The notes beneath the pieces are model-generated. The model was not told where the DNA came from. It worked only from the letters and a program-made list of their open reading frames with translations, and made no database searches. DNA of 32,137 bases from Syntrophomonadaceae bacterium (GTDB taxonomy: Bacteria > Bacillota > Dethiobacteria > DTU022). Both the position numbers and the translations under genes were made by a program. Each line of letters begins with the position of its first letter. The stretch's first letter is position 1. Where the stretch lies: the NCBI GenBank assembly GCA_007127255.1, contig SKZS01000077.1, positions 1-32,137 of the forward strand, written 5' to 3'. Positions 1-8,209 of this stretch are shown piece by piece.

Positions 1-1003
1 TCATCACCGACCTTGACATAGCCCGGCAGGCTTCCACCGATTTGAACATGTGGAACAACTTGTAGCGCACTAGCTGGTGTTCAAATAAAAGCTTGCCACC
101 CTGGACTCTTTCCTTGGCATAGTTAAGAGCTTCCTCATAGGCAGCCCGGGCCACCCCGGTAAAAACGGCGGACATGAAAGCGTTGGCTGTAGCCAGGGTA
201 ACGTCCAGAATCGCTTCATAGCTGTCTTCTTCGATTAGCATATATTGTTCGGGAACAGCAACATTATCGAAGAAAAGCTCTCCCTGGCTCAGGGCCCGCT
301 TACCGATCTTATTCAGAGCTTTGCCCCTTGATACACCGGGCAGATCCAGGGGCACGATACAGATTCCGCCTCCTGACATGCCGGTTGACGGATCTATAGT
401 AAGATAGACTGCGGCATGCGACGCTGCCGGGGCCATTGATACCCAGGCCGCTTTTTGACCGTTTAATATCCAGCTTTCCCCATTCTTACGAGCCCTGACC
501 TTGCCGGCAATTTTCGGATCCTTGAACTGCCTGGTATTGCAGGCCAGGGTATCCGAACCGTGATCAGGCTCTGTAATCGCCCAACACCCGCTAATTTTAC
601 CTTCCTTATCATTGCAAAATGGCAGGATAATATTTTCAACTAAATAGTCGGTGGGAACCATGGAGGAAAGGAAGGCCGGGAAACAGCAGACTCCAAGGGC
701 TATGGTCAAATCACATGCGCCCCAGCCCATTTCTTCGGCAACCATGTTAACTTCCACCGGGGCCAGGCCCAACCCTCCGTATTCTTCGGGAATTAAAATT
801 TTATGCAGGCCCAGCTTGTAGGCTTCCTTCATAAAAATCCACAACTCCGAGTCGGGGGCGGTAACTTCCTCCGGGGCCATAGCGTCAAGCTTTACGCTGA
901 TGGGACGCATTACTTCAGAAGCAAATTTGCGTACAGTATCGCGCAGCATCAACTGCTCATCGGTTAAATCGAGATCCAGATCAAGGTAAGCCAAAGCTAT
1001 CAC
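1..1003 (-). CDS. acyl-CoA dehydrogenase family protein (N-terminal ~334 codons; the 3' end runs off the window)
   Basis: Absent from the ORF track because it is edge-truncated. My manual minus-strand translation from GTG 1003 is open down to position 2; an in-frame TTG at 994 lies 8 nt after a GGAG and is an alternative start. It reads IALAYLDLDLDLTDEQLMLRDTVRKFASEVMRP ... CWAITEPDHGSD ... SWILNGQKAAWVS ... AKERVQGGKLLFEHQLVRYKL, which are typical ACAD N-terminal, middle and C-terminal signatures. It starts 13 nt after the stop of the ligase gene. Confidence 0.85.
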   Translation of the reverse strand, partial: MIALAYLDLDLDLTDEQLMLRDTVRKFASEVMRPISVKLDAMAPEEVTAPDSELWIFMKEAYKLGLHKILIPEEYGGLGLAPVEVNMVAEEMGWGACDLTIALGVCCFPAFLSSMVPTDYLVENIILPFCNDKEGKISGCWAITEPDHGSDTLACNTRQFKDPKIAGKVRARKNGESWILNGQKAAWVSMAPAASHAAVYLTIDPSTGMSGGGICIVPLDLPGVSRGKALNKIGKRALSQGELFFDNVAVPEQYMLIEEDSYEAILDVTLATANAFMSAVFTGVARAAYEEALNYAKERVQGGKLLFEHQLVRYKLFHMFKSVEACRAMSRSVM

Positions 1004-1016
1004 TCCTTTTCGTGAT

Positions 1017-2621
1017 TTAAGTGTCGAGCTTATAAATTTTTCCCTCTTTTTTTTCCAGCGCTTCCCGCAAGAAGCGATCGAGCGGTTTTTCGGAGATTGT
1101 TTTGGGAATTTCTTCGACCACCTGCAAGTAAGATGGAATAAAGTTTGCTGCCAGATTTTCGCGGCATTTTAGAAGAATGCTTTCAGGGTCGATTTCTTTT
1201 TCCTCAAACAGCGTTACGGCGGCAACCAGATCGCTTTCACCGGGGGCTCCGGAGGCAGCGGGAATTCCGTAAACACAGACTTCACTTATATCGGGATGCT
1301 CACCGATCACTTTTTCTACCTGGTCGGGCTGGATGAAGTCGCCGGCCCGGCGTAGTTCTTCTCCCTTGCGGTAATCGAAATAGTGCCAACCATCTTTATC
1401 GCGGTGGACCATGTCACCGGTGCGCAGCCAGCCACCCCGGGTTTTTTCTTTTGACGCTTCGGGCATACCCAGGTAGTCAACTTTAGTTTCGCCTTTGAGC
1501 AGACGGCAGATCAACTCTCCTGTTGTGTCAGGAGGCTGTTCACCGTCAGTTTCATCGACGACTTTGAATTCCATGATGCCGGGTACCGGTTTGCCGAAAG
1601 AACCGATCGGACCTTTGCCAATCGGTTTGTATGCGAAACCGCCTTCGACTGAACCGTACCATTCCAGGATCTTGACATCAAACCGCTTTTCGAAGTCTTC
1701 CCAGATCGCCGGCGGTGTCCCGGCGCTGATTACTTTTTTAACCGGGTTATCAGCATCGTCTTCACGGGGCGGTTCGCTGTAGATAGCGCTCATCATTCCC
1801 CCGAGCAGGGAAAAAGAGGTGCAGCCATATTTGCGGCAGATGTACCAGATTCGGCTTTTGGTAAAACGAGGGCTGAATACGGCCTTGATTCCCGAGTAGA
1901 GCGCAGGGAAAAGGGTTACCGCCTGGGCATTGCCGTGGGTCAGAGACAGCCCGTTATAAAGAATATCATCCTTTTTATACTGCCAGACCAGACGGGTTAA
2001 GATCGTAAACAACCCGGTGCGATTGTTACGAATCATTACACCTTTCGGTGGACCGGTAGTACCCGATGTGTAGATGATCTGCATCGGATGGCGTACGTCC
2101 ATAATCTGCTGCTCAACTCTCTGCCAGCTGTCCTGCTCCAGGGTTTCATTTAAAGGGTGATATTTTGCTGATACAGGCACATCTTGTTCGGATCGGTATG
2201 CTACGGTAACAAATTTGATCTGCGGCATTTCATCGATCAGCTCTTCTAAAGCCCCCATGCATTCCCCGGAAACCAGAACAGCTTTGGCCCCACTATTTTC
2301 CAGCAGAAACTTGAGGCGCTCGCCCCGATGACGGGGGTCGATGGGCACGGCAATAGCGCCCAGGGTAGTCCCGGCCAAAAGGGCATAAACAAATTCGGGG
2401 TGATTGCGCATATAAACGGCAAAGGTGTCGCCTTTTCCTATCCCCTGATCCGCCAGCAGGCGGGCCAGCTTGTTCGACTGATGATGCAGGTCCGCGTATG
2501 AAAGTATTTCTTCGGAACCGCTGCCGTCTTCAAAAATTAGTATTTCTTGATCCGGCACTTGATCGGCTTTTAACTCCACAAAGTGGGAGGCGATAACCTG
2601 GTTTAAGTGTGCTTTAGGCAT
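1017..2621 (-). CDS. AMP-dependent acyl-CoA synthetase/ligase (substrate unknown)
   Basis: 534-aa ORF with the AMP-binding signature IYTSGTTGPPKGV. It also has WYGSVEGG, WLRTGDMV and the C-terminal PKTISEKP lysine motif. The overall layout matches the adenylate-forming superfamily. Confidence 0.9.
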   Translation of the reverse strand: MPKAHLNQVIASHFVELKADQVPDQEILIFEDGSGSEEILSYADLHHQSNKLARLLADQGIGKGDTFAVYMRNHPEFVYALLAGTTLGAIAVPIDPRHRGERLKFLLENSGAKAVLVSGECMGALEELIDEMPQIKFVTVAYRSEQDVPVSAKYHPLNETLEQDSWQRVEQQIMDVRHPMQIIYTSGTTGPPKGVMIRNNRTGLFTILTRLVWQYKKDDILYNGLSLTHGNAQAVTLFPALYSGIKAVFSPRFTKSRIWYICRKYGCTSFSLLGGMMSAIYSEPPREDDADNPVKKVISAGTPPAIWEDFEKRFDVKILEWYGSVEGGFAYKPIGKGPIGSFGKPVPGIMEFKVVDETDGEQPPDTTGELICRLLKGETKVDYLGMPEASKEKTRGGWLRTGDMVHRDKDGWHYFDYRKGEELRRAGDFIQPDQVEKVIGEHPDISEVCVYGIPAASGAPGESDLVAAVTLFEEKEIDPESILLKCRENLAANFIPSYLQVVEEIPKTISEKPLDRFLREALEKKEGKIYKLDT

Positions 2622-2690
2622 CGTAAATCACCTCGGTCTTTTGCTAATTGACAATAAACTGGTCTCTTAGAAGCAAACCATCATGCCTCT

Positions 2691-3341
2691 TTACTCCTCA
2701 ACCGCACCGATAAAGCCCCGGTTGTAGGTAGGGAATTCCTTGTTGAAAATCTCTTCCCAGTATTCCTGCGTCCAGAACTTGTGCCGGTCAAAGTAAGGGT
2801 CTTTTTTGGCAGCACTAACCGAAACACTGACTACAAGATCGACATCCTCAATGATTTCCAGGGCCAGAGCGGCAAAGCCAAAGGTGCTGAATACCCGGCA
2901 GTGCAGGCCCAGGCGCCAGGCGATGCTGGCCGCGGCCGAAGCGGCAATATTCATGTTGATATTTCGAAACTGGCAGCTGGGACCGTGGGCGGTCAGAGAT
3001 TCAGTTGTTTCGGCCCGGTTTAATTCAGCACAGGTGCGATAGCCGCAGGCCCCGCAGTCGTAGTTAAAATATGATCTGCGTTTATCTCCAATGATCAGAA
3101 GGGAACAGGGTTCCTTAATCAGCTCGATCAAATGTCTTCCATCTCTTGCCGCCAGGGGAGACATATCACCAAGTGAAAAACAAAATTCGGCAATCGATTC
3201 CATCTCTTCATTGCCAACGGTAATCATCTTGATTGTATTGCGTCCCTCAAAGCGTATACTGTTGTGGGCAGATAGAGCCATCATTTCCACGGCTCTTTCC
3301 AGACCCTTTTGGACCAGATCTTCCATTTCCCGGATTGCCAT
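2691..3341 (-). CDS. DUF2148/COG4739-like ferredoxin-domain protein, paralogue A
   Basis: 216 aa with Cys pattern CGACGYRTC plus a distal GPSC, i.e. four Cys for one [4Fe-4S]. It aligns with the neighbouring ORF through the C-F-R..N.A.A....A..LG block. The family call is from memory of DUF2148 proteins and needs an HMM check. Confidence 0.6.
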   Translation of the reverse strand: MAIREMEDLVQKGLERAVEMMALSAHNSIRFEGRNTIKMITVGNEEMESIAEFCFSLGDMSPLAARDGRHLIELIKEPCSLLIIGDKRRSYFNYDCGACGYRTCAELNRAETTESLTAHGPSCQFRNINMNIAASAAASIAWRLGLHCRVFSTFGFAALALEIIEDVDLVVSVSVSAAKKDPYFDRHKFWTQEYWEEIFNKEFPTYNRGFIGAVEE

Positions 3342-3382
3342 TTTATAACCTCCTAAAACAGGCGGGATATTAAATATTGAAG

Positions 3383-4060
3383 TTAACTATAAATCGAACG
3401 GAACTGAGGCCAGAGCCGCCTGATAATGCGATCATGCATGGTTTTCTCATTAAATTCGTCGTATTTCAGAGGAATATCGCGGAAAGGACTTTTCTCCGTA
3501 ATTGATATACCTACAGCCAGGGCAAATCCTGTATTTTTGGGCAGCAGCCCCATGCGCATTGCTGCTGCTCCGGCCGACCAGAAGATCCCGTAGTCTATGC
3601 CCAAATTTCGGGCCAACGAGACCATGCCGTCGACGGCATAAGCAATGTTGTTGGCCCGGAATATGCACAAGGGTCCCGGATAGGCAACTCCCGGTTCATC
3701 GGGTAGTTCTTCTGCTTCCCGGAGATATTCGCAGGTAAGTTTGCCGCACATATTGCAGTTAATATCAGCCGGGTCGGTTTTACTGCGCAGCGAAGTAATC
3801 AGCGATACGGAATCGGCATCGCGGAGCATCTCGGCATCACGCCTAAAAAATCCCCATTTCTCGTTATCATTGGACATTTTCTCAACCTTCTGGCAGAGAT
3901 CTTCGATATCGCATTCGTCATCGAGGATATGGACTGTACACTCACCAACTCCGCCAACACGCGGCGCGGTTGTGGCTGAAGCCAAAAGGAGGCGGGCGGC
4001 TATTTTTACCGCATCCATCCTGTCCGTTTCAAACTGTTTAATGCTTCTCTCCATGCTCAA
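3383..4060 (-). CDS. DUF2148/COG4739-like ferredoxin-domain protein, paralogue B
   Basis: 225 aa with Cys pattern CNMCGKLTC plus a distal GPLC. The architecture matches 2691-3341, which lies 41 nt downstream. Confidence 0.6.
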   Translation of the reverse strand: MSMERSIKQFETDRMDAVKIAARLLLASATTAPRVGGVGECTVHILDDECDIEDLCQKVEKMSNDNEKWGFFRRDAEMLRDADSVSLITSLRSKTDPADINCNMCGKLTCEYLREAEELPDEPGVAYPGPLCIFRANNIAYAVDGMVSLARNLGIDYGIFWSAGAAAMRMGLLPKNTGFALAVGISITEKSPFRDIPLKYDEFNEKTMHDRIIRRLWPQFRSIYS

Positions 4061-4084
4061 TTGATTTCACCCCTTCTCGGTGGG

Positions 4085-4474
4085 TTACATTTTAATGCCG
4101 TGCTTTTGGGAAACCTCCGGATAGGCTTCATAGGCTGGCTTTAGCATAGGCAGCAGGTTCAATACTTTCGGCATCGGTCCTTTAGCCTTGATCAGACCCT
4201 TGGCAAGGGCCTGCGGCAACTTGAGCTGTTGCAGCCAGAATTGATGGCAGCTGTCACCGCTCAAGCTCATTTCAATGGTTGGTTTGTAATCAGCTTCTCC
4301 ACAGATAACTTGCCCGTCATTTGTAAGCCAGATATAGCCCTCAGGATCGTGAATATTGAACTTAATCACGATATTTGCCTCCCGGTATTTCGGACCTACA
4401 GACGGATCCTCTAAAAGCTTGTTAAAAAGTTCTCCCAGCACTTCGTACATCTTGGCAGTGCTTTCAAAAACCAT
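4085..4474 (-). CDS. SCP2 (sterol-carrier-protein-2-like) lipid/acyl-binding domain protein
   Basis: 129 aa. The pattern ...IVIKFNIHDPEGYIWLTNDGQVICGEADYKPTIEMSLSGDSCHQFWLQQLKLPQALAKGLIKAKGP... is typical of stand-alone bacterial SCP2 proteins. An RBS GGAGGG sits 6 nt before the ATG. It is the first gene of the minus-strand operon. Confidence 0.75.
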   Translation of the reverse strand: MVFESTAKMYEVLGELFNKLLEDPSVGPKYREANIVIKFNIHDPEGYIWLTNDGQVICGEADYKPTIEMSLSGDSCHQFWLQQLKLPQALAKGLIKAKGPMPKVLNLLPMLKPAYEAYPEVSQKHGIKM

Positions 4475-4895
4475 TTGACACCCTCCTCAAGACTCGATAG
4501 TATGTTAGCTCAAACAAATAATACCAATCAGTATGATTTTTATTCCACAGCCTCGCGGTTTATTCCTGCCTGAAATTTTAACTTTTCAAATTTTTTTACT
4601 TTTGCTTTTACTCTATTTATTTAGTTCATCTCGAAAGTATATGCTCAAATGATATAAAGCATTGTTTCCCGGCCGCACTGCCGGCTGATGACGTTAGTAG
4701 GTGTCGACGGCCTCACTTTATTGTCTTTCTTTTTATTACATTGGCTTATGCCTGCCAGGCCATTTCTAGTACCGGTTTTATCCGGTTATCCTCGATAATT
4801 ATATTTTCTCGAATACCCATCAAAAAAATAATTAAAAAATTTTTATTTTTAGCAGGAATTAATAGACACCTTGTAGAATATGTCGAAAACTAAAT

Positions 4896-4906
4896 TGGTC
4901 TGACCA
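4896..4906. promoter_or_regulatory. FadR-subfamily GntR (LldR/PdhR-like) operator candidate
   Basis: Perfect palindrome TGGTC-T-GACCA within AAATTGGTCTGACCATCAG. It fits the consensus TnGTnnnACnA. It lies 165 nt upstream of the TRAP SBP ATG in the divergent intergenic region, and a GntR/FCD regulator is encoded at 11297. Confidence 0.55.
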
Positions 4907-5070
4907 TCAGAACATATGTATTTTATAGATTTCTGAAGTCCTGAAATATGGTAATCAAGAAAGCAGCTCAATCAATAGCTTTAAAGGAGGTGTTTCATAA
5001 AGGACAATATAGAAGGGGTTAGCGTTAGAAAGGTTTGCTTTTTTATTACTTTAAACAGGAGGATTGTATA

Positions 5071-6189
5071 ATGAAAAAAGCACTTTTACTGCTGGTTCTT
5101 GTGACTTTACTTGTTAGTTTAGCAGCAGGCTGTGGTAACGATGTAGCTGCGCCAGATAATAATGGGGTTGCTGCTCCGGCCGGGCCGACAGCAGATGATC
5201 CGATCAGAATGACCCTGGCTACTTCATGGCCCACGGGGATGATGCTCCACTATATTCCACAGCATTTTGGACAGCTAGTTGAAGAAATGAGTGGGGGGAG
5301 ACTGTTGATTGATGTCCAACCCGGCGGCGCCATAGTAGGCCCCGGTGAGGTTATGGATGCAGCTGAAATGGGCACAATTGATGCATACCACAGCTTTTCC
5401 GGCTACTGGCTTGGCAAAATGCCGGCAGCACCTTTCTTCTCTTCAGTGCCGATGACCATGGAGCCTTTTCCACACCTGGTTTGGATTTATGAAGGTGGCG
5501 GCTGGGAATTTTGGCAAAGGATGTATGAAGAGGCCGGATATAGTAATATTATGGTAATTCCCTGCGGTATTGTTCACCCTGAAACTCTGGCATGGTCCAA
5601 TGTTCCACTGACAAAGATTGAAGACTGGGTTGGCCTGAAGTATCGTACTGTAGGCTGGTGGGGTGAAATTCTTGAAAAAAACGGTGTTGCCGTTACCTCC
5701 TTACCTGCAGCCGAGCTTTATCCTTCTCTCGATACCGGCATCCTGGATGCTACCGAGTTTAGCACTCCATATACAGACTTAGAACTTGGTTTTTATGAAG
5801 TGGCCCAATATTACACTGGTCCGGGAATGCACCAGCCCAGCGTTTTGTTTGAAGTTACCTTCAACAAGCAGTCCTGGGATTCATTGCCAGATGACCTGCA
5901 GGCAATTGTTCTTCAGGCTGCCCATGCTTCTACTCTTTGGGGATGGACCCACGATGCCTGGATGAGTATGGATGCTCTTGACTTCTACGCTGAGCAAGGC
6001 AATACTAAACTGATAGTTGACGAAGAAGTACAGATTGCATTTGCTGAGACTACCAATGAACTGTTAAATCAAAGAGCGGCTGAAGAAGGCGGTCTTTTCG
6101 AGGAAATCTGGGTGTCTATGAAGGAATTCCAGAATCGTTTCTATGATTTTGAAGAGTTCATGATGCCAGTTAGATACAGGATGGAATAA
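5071..6189 (+). CDS. TRAP transporter solute-binding protein (DctP-type), lipoprotein
   Basis: The ORF-track frame begins at 5035, but AGGAGG (5057-5062) sits 8 nt before ATG 5071. The N-terminus MKKALLLLVLVTLLVSLAAGC is a lipoprotein signal with a lipobox Cys. The body resembles the TRAP 'mannitol/chloroaromatic' COG4663-type SBPs and is followed by Q and M genes. Confidence 0.85.
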   Translation: MKKALLLLVLVTLLVSLAAGCGNDVAAPDNNGVAAPAGPTADDPIRMTLATSWPTGMMLHYIPQHFGQLVEEMSGGRLLIDVQPGGAIVGPGEVMDAAEMGTIDAYHSFSGYWLGKMPAAPFFSSVPMTMEPFPHLVWIYEGGGWEFWQRMYEEAGYSNIMVIPCGIVHPETLAWSNVPLTKIEDWVGLKYRTVGWWGEILEKNGVAVTSLPAAELYPSLDTGILDATEFSTPYTDLELGFYEVAQYYTGPGMHQPSVLFEVTFNKQSWDSLPDDLQAIVLQAAHASTLWGWTHDAWMSMDALDFYAEQGNTKLIVDEEVQIAFAETTNELLNQRAAEEGGLFEEIWVSMKEFQNRFYDFEEFMMPVRYRME

Positions 6190-6202
6190 AACCTCTTTGA
6201 TA

Positions 6203-6243
6203 GTTAGGGCAAGGCAAATAAAGCCTTGCCCTAACCGCTTTTA
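6203..6243 (+). terminator. strong hairpin after the SBP gene (intra-operon attenuator or partial terminator)
   Basis: GTTAGGGCAAGGC (6203-6215), a 7-nt loop, then GCCTTGCCCTAAC (6223-6235), giving a perfect 13-bp stem. It is followed by CGCTTTTAG and starts 14 nt after the SBP stop, before the dctQ-like gene. Confidence 0.6.
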
Positions 6244-6268
6244 GTACTACATTTGCCAGTAAGGAGGC

Positions 6269-6796
6269 TTGTTGCAATTGAAAATAGTGAACGGCTTGCT
6301 ATTTGGTATTGATAAAATCAATGAGTTCTTTGCAAAAATCGGGGCATGGATTCAGCTTGCTCTGATTATTGTCCTTGTGATCGAGGTAACGCTGCGCTAT
6401 GTTTTCGGTATGCCTACTCTTTGGGCTTATGACATCAGCTGGATGTTAAGCAGTGTACTGATTATGTGGGCGTTAGGCTATACCTGGGCTATGAAAGGAC
6501 ATGTCAGCATTGATATTTTCTATGAAAAATTTCCTCCAAGGGTACAAGCTTTACTTAATGTTTTTTTTGCCTTAATTTTATTTTTCCCGCTGATGTATGT
6601 GATTATAGATAACATGATTCCCCACCTGGCCTATTCATGGTCCAAGGGAGAAAGAGCGATATGGAGTGTTTGGTTACCGGTAGTCTATCCGTTTAAAACC
6701 TGGGTCTTCATTGGTGTAGCGTTACTGGCCCTTCAGGGGGTCGCTGAGTTTATCAGGGATCTTAAGGTTCTAATCGTCGGAGGTGAGCGGCTATGA
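6269..6796 (+). CDS. TRAP transporter small permease (DctQ-type)
   Basis: About 172-175 aa with 4 predicted hydrophobic helices, sitting between the SBP and the large permease. AAGGAGG at 6261-6267 makes TTG 6278 (or 6272) a more likely start than 6269. The stop overlaps the next gene (6793-6796). Confidence 0.8.
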   Translation: MLQLKIVNGLLFGIDKINEFFAKIGAWIQLALIIVLVIEVTLRYVFGMPTLWAYDISWMLSSVLIMWALGYTWAMKGHVSIDIFYEKFPPRVQALLNVFFALILFFPLMYVIIDNMIPHLAYSWSKGERAIWSVWLPVVYPFKTWVFIGVALLALQGVAEFIRDLKVLIVGGERL

Positions 6797-8115
6797 GTAT
6801 TGAAATGATTACTTTTCTAATTATTGGTCTCCTGCTTACATTTATCGTTCTAGGTTACCCGCTGGCTTATGTTTTAGGTGGAGTAGCCCTCATCTTTGGC
6901 TATATTTTTATAGGCCCGCAAATCGGCAACCTATTTATGCTGCGTATTTTTACTGTAACCCAGGATTATATATTAATCGCCATACCGTTATTTATTTTTA
7001 TGGGTGTAGTAATTGAAAAATCAGGATTGGCAGAAAGACTTTATGACAGCATGTATGTGCTAATGGGCAATCTGCGCGGAGGACTGGCAGTGGCCACAGT
7101 TATAACCTGTACAATCTTTGCTGCTGCGACCGGTGTAATCGGAGCATCAGTAGTAACTATGGGGCTTTTAGCGCTGCCTTCAATGTTAAAATATAAATAT
7201 GACAAACCCCTGGCAACGGGTTCAATCTGTGCTGGTGGCACCCTGGGTATTTTAATTCCACCCAGTGTTTTAATCCTGGTCTACGGTCCCACAGCCAGTA
7301 TTTCCATCGGGCGCCTGTTTGCTGCCGCTTTTATACCGGGCATCTTGCTGGCGGTAATGTATGTCGCTTATGTCATTATCCGCTGCTATATAAATCCCAG
7401 CCTGGGACCATCCCTTCCAAAAACAGCAATCAAAGTAACCGCAAAAGAAAAGTTGATCATGTTTTTAACTTCGGTCCTCCCTGTTTCGGCTTTAATCATT
7501 GCCGTGCTCGGATCAATCTTTTTCGGCCTGGCTGCGCCGACCGAAGCGGCGGCCGTTGGGGCTTTTGCTTCCTGTCTTTTAGCGCTTGCTTACAAGCAGC
7601 TTAACTTTGCCAATTTAAGAGAAATAGTTTATCGTGCAATGAGAGTTAATGCGATGATCTTCCTTGTACTTATCATGGCCAACTTTTACACCAACGTTTT
7701 CATCCGCATTGGCGGTGGCAGGGTTATCGAAGAAATGGTACTGGGGCTGCCTTTACCGCCATGGGGCATATTGATTACTATGTGGCTAATCATTATAGTC
7801 ATGGGCATGTTTATTGACTGGATCGGTGTAATCATGCTGGCAGTACCCTTGTTTACTCCCATAGGTGCAGCACTAGGATTTGACCCGTTATGGTTTGCCA
7901 TGATGAATATCGTGGTTATGCAGGTTTCTTTCCTTTCACCACCTTTTGCTTACGCTATTTTTTATCTTAAAGGAATTGCTCCCCCCGAAGTGCGAACAAT
8001 GGATATATACCGTGGTATTGTTCCGTTTATTGTGCTGCAGCTTGTAGGGGTGTCAATTCTGGCCGCTTTTCCAAATATCATTCTGTATTTACCACGGCTA
8101 TTTGGACTGTATTAA
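6793..8115 (+). CDS. TRAP transporter large permease (DctM-type)
   Basis: 440-aa polytopic membrane protein. Its 4-nt overlap with the Q gene is the standard TRAP QM arrangement. Confidence 0.9.
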   Translation: MSIEMITFLIIGLLLTFIVLGYPLAYVLGGVALIFGYIFIGPQIGNLFMLRIFTVTQDYILIAIPLFIFMGVVIEKSGLAERLYDSMYVLMGNLRGGLAVATVITCTIFAAATGVIGASVVTMGLLALPSMLKYKYDKPLATGSICAGGTLGILIPPSVLILVYGPTASISIGRLFAAAFIPGILLAVMYVAYVIIRCYINPSLGPSLPKTAIKVTAKEKLIMFLTSVLPVSALIIAVLGSIFFGLAAPTEAAAVGAFASCLLALAYKQLNFANLREIVYRAMRVNAMIFLVLIMANFYTNVFIRIGGGRVIEEMVLGLPLPPWGILITMWLIIIVMGMFIDWIGVIMLAVPLFTPIGAALGFDPLWFAMMNIVVMQVSFLSPPFAYAIFYLKGIAPPEVRTMDIYRGIVPFIVLQLVGVSILAAFPNIILYLPRLFGLY

Positions 8116-8209
8116 TTTTTACTTGTTAGAGACGGGATTACAGGTTCGACTGTCATAATCTAAGGCAACAGAAAAAGAAAGTGAGATTGTATATTAAGGA
8201 GGACAAATT

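Noticed and set aside
4475-4790. A possible orphan sRNA in the divergent region. A plus-strand TTGACA, 17-nt spacer, TAGTAT (4475-4503) overlaps the SCP2 start. Several short GC hairpins follow (CCGGC...GCCGG at 4669-4684, ACCGG...CCGGT near 4772-4787) with a T-rich stretch at 4716-4736.
   Set aside because: The hairpins are only 5 bp, none is directly followed by the T-tract, and the promoter-like match may be chance in an AT-rich region. The evidence is insufficient without transcript data.
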